A stretch of DNA of 63,906 nt, the filler included, from an uncultured Methanosarcinales archaeon (GTDB lineage Archaea; Nanobdellota; Nanobdellia; Woesearchaeales; CAZPJY01), in NCBI GenBank assembly GCA_964587045.1. It is 3 parts of 3 records of this genome, joined end to end, with 100 filler letters (N's around TTAATTAATTAA, not from the genome) between each part and the next. Parts side by side here need not be neighbours in the genome. Positions count along the whole stretch, not along the records: positions 53,976 to 63,906 come from CAZPJY010000041.1; 2 more parts are not named here. One strand, written 5' to 3'. The notes under the pieces were generated by a model. That model saw nothing but the letters and a program-made list of their open reading frames with translations, did not search any database and had not been told where the DNA came from. A program made the translations under genes and the position numbers. Numbering within the stretch: the stretch's first letter is position 1; the number at the start of each line of letters is the position of its first letter. Shown here one piece after another: positions 58,154 through 63,906 of the stretch.

Positions 58154-58834
58154 ATGGACAGGCATAATGAACAAAGGGTCGGCGTCTTCGCCGATGTGCA
58201 AAACATGTATTATTCCGGCAAGCAGCTGTACAACTGCAAGGTGAACTTCGCAGAGATTCTCAAGCTGGCGGTCGGCAACAGGAGGCTCGTCAGAGCGATA
58301 GCCTATGTGATCAAGGCTGACATGGAGGACGAGAAAAACTTCCACGACGCGCTGAATAGGGCAGGATTCGAAGTCAGATCCAAGGACCTCCAGGTATTCT
58401 TCGGAGGGGCCAAGAAGGGGGACTGGGATGTGGGAATCGCAATGGACATCATGCGCCTAGCGCCCAAGCTGGATGTGGTAGTGCTCGTCAGCGGCGACGG
58501 CGACTTCGTAGACCTGCTGGAGCACGTGCAGTCGATGGGATGCAGAACAGAGGTCATATCGTTCAAAAAAACCGCGAGCGCGAAGCTTATAGTCACATCG
58601 CACCAGTTCATTGAACTGGACAAGTACAAGAACCTGAGGATTCCTATAGGCAAAAACTCATCACGCTCGGCCAGGAAACCTCCTATAAAAGCCAGCCAAA
58701 AACCGGCCACGGTGAGGAGGACAAACCAGAGAAGGCCCCCCATGAGGAGCCCAAGGCCAAAGACCTCGAGAAGGGAACTTCCGAGTAACAGCCAGACCAG
58801 CGAAATCGATGCAATAAATTCGGTGTTAGATTAA
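58154..58834 (+). CDS. NYN/LabA/DUF88 (PIN-fold) domain protein with basic disordered tail
   Basis: FADVQN, KGDWDVGIAMD, LVSGDGDF. Confidence 0.9.
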   Translation: MDRHNEQRVGVFADVQNMYYSGKQLYNCKVNFAEILKLAVGNRRLVRAIAYVIKADMEDEKNFHDALNRAGFEVRSKDLQVFFGGAKKGDWDVGIAMDIMRLAPKLDVVVLVSGDGDFVDLLEHVQSMGCRTEVISFKKTASAKLIVTSHQFIELDKYKNLRIPIGKNSSRSARKPPIKASQKPATVRRTNQRRPPMRSPRPKTSRRELPSNSQTSEIDAINSVLD

Positions 58835-59184
58835 TGACCTCACTCAACTTCGCCTGCAAGACGATTGAGATGAAGGATGTCTTGATATGCGGACTGGGCC
58901 TTTCTAAGACAGAGTATTACGCTCTGGCATACCTTCTGAGGCAAAAGGAGGCCAAGTCAGTCACAGAGATCTCGGATTCTTTGGGCAAGGAGAGAAGCAC
59001 TGTACAAAAGGCCATCGGCAAGCTTCTGGAAAAGGAGCTTATCCAAAGGTACCAGCACAACATATCCTCAGGCGGCTACGTCTTTACATATGTCATACGC
59101 GACAAGCCCAGAATAAAAAAGCAGATACTATCCAACCTGGAAGGCTGGGTAAAGATGGTCCAGTCTGAGCTCAACGATTGGTGA
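58834..59184 (+). CDS. TrmB-like HTH regulator
   Basis: GLSKTE, SVTEISDSLGKERSTVQKAIGKLLEKELI, GGYVFTY. Confidence 0.8.
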   Translation: MTSLNFACKTIEMKDVLICGLGLSKTEYYALAYLLRQKEAKSVTEISDSLGKERSTVQKAIGKLLEKELIQRYQHNISSGGYVFTYVIRDKPRIKKQILSNLEGWVKMVQSELNDW

Positions 59185-59264
59185 GTGTGAAATTTTTCGG
59201 CCGCACGCTCACAACTCCGGAAGGGATATTAAAGACACAACCTAACCCGGCTCATGGTGATAAA

Positions 59265-59585
59265 ATGTCAGTTAACGTGATTAACGATTCATCATTTGAG
59301 CAGGAAGTCATCAACAGCGAGAAGCCTGTACTCGTCGATTTCTACGCGGACTGGTGCGCGCCGTGCAGGATGCTCAGTCCGATAATCGACGAGCTCTCGG
59401 GTGAAATCGACAACGTAAAATTTGTAAAGATGAACATAGATGCCAACAGGCAGACCCCAAGCCAGTTCGGAATCATGAGCATCCCGACACTCATCTTCTT
59501 TAAGGGTGGAAAAGCTGTGGATACCTTCATAGGGGTTCAGCCCAAAGAGGCCCTGCGCCAGAGGATTATACAGCACACCAGCTAG
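59265..59585 (+). CDS. trxA: Thioredoxin
   Basis: VDFYADWCAPC, MSIPTL; ggtga SD before ATG 59265. Confidence 0.95.
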   Translation: MSVNVINDSSFEQEVINSEKPVLVDFYADWCAPCRMLSPIIDELSGEIDNVKFVKMNIDANRQTPSQFGIMSIPTLIFFKGGKAVDTFIGVQPKEALRQRIIQHTS

Positions 59586-60706
59586 TCCTTCTCCAAGAGC
59601 ACGATAGTCTCGACATGGTTAGTCTGCGGGAACATATCGAAGGCTGAAGCCTCAGAAACGTGATATCTTGCCTTCAGCAGGCTAAGTTCCCTTGACATGC
59701 TAGACGGGTTGCATGAGACGTAGAATATCCTCTTAGGCACCGCGTGGAGGAGGAAAGCCAAGGTCCTTTGGTGCATTCCGCCCCTGGGAGGGTCTGTGAC
59801 TACAGTGACATCATCGGAATCGAACAGATCTGCATGCCGGTATATCCTTGCCGCATCCTCAAGGTAGGCATCGCAATTCTCAGCGCTGACCTTGGAAATA
59901 TTTACTATGGCTGCCTGAATGCTCTCTTTGGAAGACTCGATGATTGCGGTCCTATCGAAGCGCTCATGCAATGATAGTCCAAACAGCCCCACCCCGCCGT
60001 ACAGGTCGACGAGCTGCGAGCCGCCATCAGTCCTCGAGTCCACCCATCCCACCATCTTTTCCGCAACAGCTGTGTTTGACTGGAAGAAGCCCTGGATTGA
60101 GAAACGCAGCTCAAGCTTGCCTATCCTCTCAGTTAGCAGCTTATCGCCCTTGACCATGAAGAAATCTTCAGAAACGCTCTGGTCCTCTCTTTTCGGGACA
60201 TAAGTGACAGCCATATTCGTTGCGCTGGTGTTCCAATCCCTAATTTTCTGCACGACCTCGCTCGTCTGATGGGAGTCAGGGTTGACCACGAAGGATATAG
60301 ACGTGGAGCCGGTCCGTGAGGAACCCCGGATGACCGCATATCGGAGGGTGCCTTTCCCCTTCCTCACGTCGAATGCCTGGGCCGGGTCATGCCACTGCCT
60401 GACCTCGCTCAAGAGTTTGTTGACGTGCTTTTCAGCTATCGGGCATTGGTCAACGCTCACTATATGGTCATACCTGCCCTTCTCTCTGTGCCCCAACCCT
60501 CTGCTGGCGAAGACAAAATCCATCCTGTTCCTGTACCCAAAGGGGTTGCTCTTGACAATGTCGACCGGCCCATTCAGTTTTATTCCCGACTTAGCCAGTT
60601 CCCTCCTGACCCGGTCAAGCTTCTGGGATGCCTGCGATTCGTATGGAACGTGCTGGAGCGTGCAGCCTCCACATCTTGGGAAAAATTTGCATATTTGAGC
60701 CATCAA
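59582..60706 (-). CDS. RlmD/RumA/TrmA-family RNA uracil-5 methyltransferase
   Basis: CKFFPRCGGC, YRNRMDF, FFQSN, DLYGGVG, DPPRGG, YVSCNP, DMFPQTNHVE. Confidence 0.92.
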   Translation of the reverse strand: MMAQICKFFPRCGGCTLQHVPYESQASQKLDRVRRELAKSGIKLNGPVDIVKSNPFGYRNRMDFVFASRGLGHREKGRYDHIVSVDQCPIAEKHVNKLLSEVRQWHDPAQAFDVRKGKGTLRYAVIRGSSRTGSTSISFVVNPDSHQTSEVVQKIRDWNTSATNMAVTYVPKREDQSVSEDFFMVKGDKLLTERIGKLELRFSIQGFFQSNTAVAEKMVGWVDSRTDGGSQLVDLYGGVGLFGLSLHERFDRTAIIESSKESIQAAIVNISKVSAENCDAYLEDAARIYRHADLFDSDDVTVVTDPPRGGMHQRTLAFLLHAVPKRIFYVSCNPSSMSRELSLLKARYHVSEASAFDMFPQTNHVETIVLLEKD

Positions 60707-60771
60707 CTGGACAAACCGTTCGGACTATAAAATCCTTACCGATAATTTTATATTCCTATAACACAAACCAG

Positions 60772-61404
60772 ATGCTTATGGTTTCAAGAAGATTCAAGAC
60801 TTATTTTGTCACAGGTCTGCTGGCCTTTCTTCCTATAATATTTACCGTGTACATCATCCGGGTATTGATAGTGGTGACTAATAACATGCTGGTCTGGATC
60901 CCGCTTTCACCCACCAAGCTGTGGTACATTGACCTCGTTATCAAAATCTTCATCATAATGCTGCTAATACTTCTCATAGGTTTCCTTGTCTCCAACCTGA
61001 TAACCAGAAGGTATTTTGTCGTCGGCGAGAGGCTTGTAAATCACATACCGTTCATCAAAACACTTTACGGCGCGTCAAAGAAGTTCCTAGAGGCTTTAAC
61101 AATACAGAGGAAAGGCTCGTTCTCTTCAGTGGTCATGCTTGAATACCCGCGTAAGGGCGTATACACCCTCGGGTTGGCTACCAAGTCCATCCAGCAATCG
61201 GACCCGTTCAGCATATTTCCCAAGGATATTCATAAGAAGGAGCTCGTCAGCGTCTTCATCCCCACAGTTCCGGTCCCTGCTTCAGGGCTCCTGATTCTTG
61301 TCCCCAAGAAGGAACTAATATATCTTGACGTAACTGTCGAAGAAGGCATCAAAATGATCGTCTCAGGCGGGGTCCTCGAGGCGAAAAAGAGGAAAAGTCT
61401 ATAA
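60772..61404 (+). CDS. DUF502 membrane protein
   Basis: FVTGLL, IPFIKTLY, EYPRKG, VFIPTVPVPASG, IVSGG. Confidence 0.88.
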   Translation: MLMVSRRFKTYFVTGLLAFLPIIFTVYIIRVLIVVTNNMLVWIPLSPTKLWYIDLVIKIFIIMLLILLIGFLVSNLITRRYFVVGERLVNHIPFIKTLYGASKKFLEALTIQRKGSFSSVVMLEYPRKGVYTLGLATKSIQQSDPFSIFPKDIHKKELVSVFIPTVPVPASGLLILVPKKELIYLDVTVEEGIKMIVSGGVLEAKKRKSL

Positions 61405-61449
61405 TTGTCGTCGATTCTATGACGTGGGTATCGTCGGAAATTAGAAAAG

Positions 61450-61457
61450 TTTAAATA
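61450..61457 (+). promoter_or_regulatory. BRE/TATA for the small basic protein gene
   Basis: gaaaag-TTTAAATA about 50 nt upstream of ATG 61507, followed by a gaggggg SD. Confidence 0.55.
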
Positions 61458-61506
61458 GGACGATTTACTGGTATGCTTACATAAAATAGAGGGGGGATTT
61501 CCCAAA

Positions 61507-61761
61507 ATGGCACAGAAAGTAGCAAAAGTCGGTGTAAAGAAAAAGAAAGGCTATCTCTATTTTGTCGACAAAAAGGGCGACGTTTCGCGATCGGAGATGG
61601 CCAGGGGCGGCAGAAAGAAAGGCCGCAAGAAGCAAGAAAAGGTTGCCAAAGTCGGTGTCAAGAAGGAAGGCGGATTCCTTTACTTCGTTGACAAGACTGG
61701 CGACATCTCACGAGCCAAGATGGCCAGAGGGGGCCGCAAGAAGAAAAAGAAGAGGCGATAA
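61507..61761 (+). CDS. Small, very basic protein made of two ~41-aa repeats
   Basis: KVAKVGVKKxxGxLYFVDKxGDxSRxxMARGGRKK occurs twice. Confidence 0.88.
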   Translation: MAQKVAKVGVKKKKGYLYFVDKKGDVSRSEMARGGRKKGRKKQEKVAKVGVKKEGGFLYFVDKTGDISRAKMARGGRKKKKKRR

Positions 61762-61780
61762 TTTCTCATTTTTCTTTTTT
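61762..61780 (+). terminator. Archaeal U-rich terminator
   Basis: tttctcatttttctttttt immediately after the stop codon. Confidence 0.55.
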
Positions 61781-61848
61781 GTTCTCATTCTTCAATGCTA
61801 AATAAACCTTTTATAGATGGATAGGTGCTGATGCTTCCGGGGGAATTG

Positions 61849-62313
61849 ATGATAAAAAAACTCCTAGACAAGATGTTCAAGAAAAAAAAATCTGGGGACA
61901 TCCCAAAACCCACCAGGCCAGAAGCTCTGAAGGAGCTTCCAAAGGAGGTCAGCGCTGAGGATCTCCTCAGCCAGTTAAGCAAGCAAGGGCCTCCCTCTCA
62001 GGTGAAGGAGCCTGCCCCAGTTCTTGCAAAGGGACAGCCGCCAGCAGAAGCCAAGCAGTCTGAGATTCCCCAACCTGCAGAAAATCCTACTCAAGGAGGG
62101 AAAAAAATGGATGCGCCACTAGATGTACCGAAGCCTCCAGTCGAACACGGCATTTTTGACAAGGGCGACAAAAGTGTGACAGGGATCATAATTGACCTCG
62201 GGGACAACATCAGCCTCAACGTACCAATCAAGAAGAGGATGACCCTTGAGGAGTTCCTCAGCGTCGCAGAGAAAGTCAGGAGCCTGGAGCGCCTGGATAC
62301 CTATGAAGGATAA
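61849..62313 (+). CDS. Hypothetical protein with Pro-rich linker and small C-terminal domain
   Basis: Open frame with typical codon usage; start codon uncertain. Confidence 0.6.
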   Translation: MIKKLLDKMFKKKKSGDIPKPTRPEALKELPKEVSAEDLLSQLSKQGPPSQVKEPAPVLAKGQPPAEAKQSEIPQPAENPTQGGKKMDAPLDVPKPPVEHGIFDKGDKSVTGIIIDLGDNISLNVPIKKRMTLEEFLSVAEKVRSLERLDTYEG

Positions 62314-62877
62314 TCACTTTCTCCTTTCTCGAGCGATAACCCTCTCAAGTTGATCAATCCTTTTCAGAAGCCTTATCTTTTCGCGCTCCCTTTTGTCGAT
62401 AGCAGAGTCAAATCGTGAGAGTGAGAAATCTGAAGCCTTCAGCTCTTTGGATATATCCGTAAACTTCCTGATATCCTCGGCGGCTTTGTGAAGGTAATTG
62501 CTGACCGCCCCGATCTCATTCTTGAGCTTGTTGTAGGCTGTGACATCAGTTTTGACCTGGGACGAGAGTCCGGATATCTCCGTCCTGAAGGCATCCATTA
62601 TCCTTTTTTGGGTCTGGGACCTGATCACTTTGAAGCTGGCCAATTCAGTTTCCAGCTCCACCAAGCTTGATTTGATCCCCCTTTTCGATGAAGCAAGCTC
62701 GGAGCGTGCCTCCCTTACAAGCCCGAGGATTTCCTCCTGGGCAGCCTTCATGAATGCGGACTGTTTTCTGACTGATGCCTTTAGGCTATTAATCTCAAAT
62801 GAAAGCTCGTGTATGTCCTTTCGGATCTCCTTGAAGTCCTCATTGATGCCGAGGACCTTGTTCAATCTTTCACCCAT
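62314..62877 (-). CDS. Coiled-coil hypothetical protein
   Basis: Continuous heptad-like helical sequence; ATG 62877 is the more likely start. Confidence 0.65.
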   Translation of the reverse strand: MGERLNKVLGINEDFKEIRKDIHELSFEINSLKASVRKQSAFMKAAQEEILGLVREARSELASSKRGIKSSLVELETELASFKVIRSQTQKRIMDAFRTEISGLSSQVKTDVTAYNKLKNEIGAVSNYLHKAAEDIRKFTDISKELKASDFSLSRFDSAIDKREREKIRLLKRIDQLERVIARERRK

Positions 62878-62991
62878 CCGGAGCGTGATTCGGTCATTTC
62901 TTAATAAAGCTTCCCAAATGCAGTTTTCATTTCGCGATAATAACAAAATATTTTAAATGCCACCGACGTTATAACGAGGACAAGGGGGAAC

Positions 62992-63906
62992 ATGAGCGGA
63001 CTTTTCCATAGAGAGGTGCATCCGGAATACCATTTCATTACAAAGAGTGGCCATAGGCTTAAGAGTCTAAAGGACCTTTATGACATGCTTGACAGCATGG
63101 ATGATGATACCTACAACCACCATGTTACTCCAGACAATAACGATTTCGCAAACTGGGTGAGGGACGTGATGAAAAACCCGAAAATGGCAGAAAAAATCAA
63201 TAAATCGCAATCGAAAGAAGAACTCAAAAAGATATTGTCGGAAGGGGACCTCCCCGAGCCTCCAGCTCCAAAAGATGGTGAGAGGGAACCGCTCCCAGAG
63301 CCTCCAAAGCTCGCTGATGTGGAGAAGAAAGAGCACCTAGACGAATTGGATGAGCCGCCAAAGATAAAGGATGTGAAACCCAAGGACATGAAGAAGCCCA
63401 AAATTGAGGATCTTCCTGATCTTACAGGCCTCCCTGACCTAGGAATCGACACAGAACTTGAGAAGGCTCTTGAGGACACCACCCCTAAAGAAGAGCCGCA
63501 CAAGGGATCGTTCTTTTCATCCCTTATAAAGAAAGTCACCAAGCACGAAAAGAAGGAGGCTGTTGAGCCCGAGCCTCCGAAGCTCCCTCCTATCAAGCCT
63601 GAAAAAAAGGAGCTTCCAAAGGTTCCCGCAGCACCCAAGAAGGAGGTCAAACCAAAAGTAGCCGCACCCAAGGCCGCTCCGAAGAAGGCTGCTCCAAAAG
63701 CCCATCCTAAAAAGAGAGTCAAAAAAGTTGTGGAGAAAGAGCCCGCGAAGCCTGCCAAGAAGCCTTTGGAGCTTCCCGTACTGCCTGACATCGACACGCT
63801 CCCAAAAACCTCAAAGAAGCCGGCAAAAAAGAAGAGCAAGAAGAAGTCTGCAAAGAAGGTGGCGAAAAAGCCGGCGCACAAGGAAACTGTCCCGAAGAAA
63901 CCAATG
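62992..63906 (+). CDS. DUF5752-like domain followed by a long Pro/Lys/Ala-rich disordered region; 3'-partial (not in the ORF track)
   Basis: aggggga SD, then MSGLFHREVHPEYHFITKSGHRLKSLKDLYDMLDSMDDDTYNHHVTPDNNDFANWVRDVMK; frame stays open to the window end (...KAAPKKAAPK...). Confidence 0.85.
   Translation, partial: MSGLFHREVHPEYHFITKSGHRLKSLKDLYDMLDSMDDDTYNHHVTPDNNDFANWVRDVMKNPKMAEKINKSQSKEELKKILSEGDLPEPPAPKDGEREPLPEPPKLADVEKKEHLDELDEPPKIKDVKPKDMKKPKIEDLPDLTGLPDLGIDTELEKALEDTTPKEEPHKGSFFSSLIKKVTKHEKKEAVEPEPPKLPPIKPEKKELPKVPAAPKKEVKPKVAAPKAAPKKAAPKAHPKKRVKKVVEKEPAKPAKKPLELPVLPDIDTLPKTSKKPAKKKSKKKSAKKVAKKPAHKETVPKKPM

Noticed and set aside
63111..63881. 256-aa Phe/Gly-rich minus-strand ORF that looks like a membrane protein
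   Set aside because: It is the antisense of the Lys/Pro-rich plus-strand ORF starting at 62992, which has an SD and a recognisable domain.

Overview
Gene-dense archaeal sequence, most consistent with a DPANN (Woesearchaeota-like) genome bin. The assignment is an inference from AglB, archaeal TATA and GGTGA/GGAGG signals, and the gene families present. The window is three unrelated contigs joined by artificial 100-nt spacers (28304-28403 and 53876-53975). Contig 1 (1-28303) carries a large FG-GAP/Cys-repeat surface protein, a truncated Rqc2/NFACT, a minimal Tad-like module, tRNA-His directly upstream of hisS, a stand-alone short 5S rRNA, and a ~19 kb N-glycosylation locus ending in aglB. Contig 2 (28404-53875) opens with an accessory-looking block: a diadenylate-cyclase-like ORF, a membrane-anchored M23 peptidase, a 930-aa tandem metallophosphoesterase with a coiled-coil insert, a secreted TSP3-repeat protein, a nucleoside deoxyribosyltransferase and a ligand-less amidohydrolase fold. 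It continues with an ArsR/beta-CASP operon, a glycogen cluster and further surface proteins. Contig 3 (53976-63906) has the 5' end of ileS, two micro-ORFs, a full-length but catalytically dead family B polymerase, a thioredoxin cluster, an RlmD/TrmA-like methyltransferase and a small basic two-repeat protein. I found no CRISPR array, transposase or integrase. The best candidate for an undescribed system is the 28404-37123 block, and that is a hypothesis built from motifs and adjacency only. All family calls come from motif recognition by eye, not from searches.
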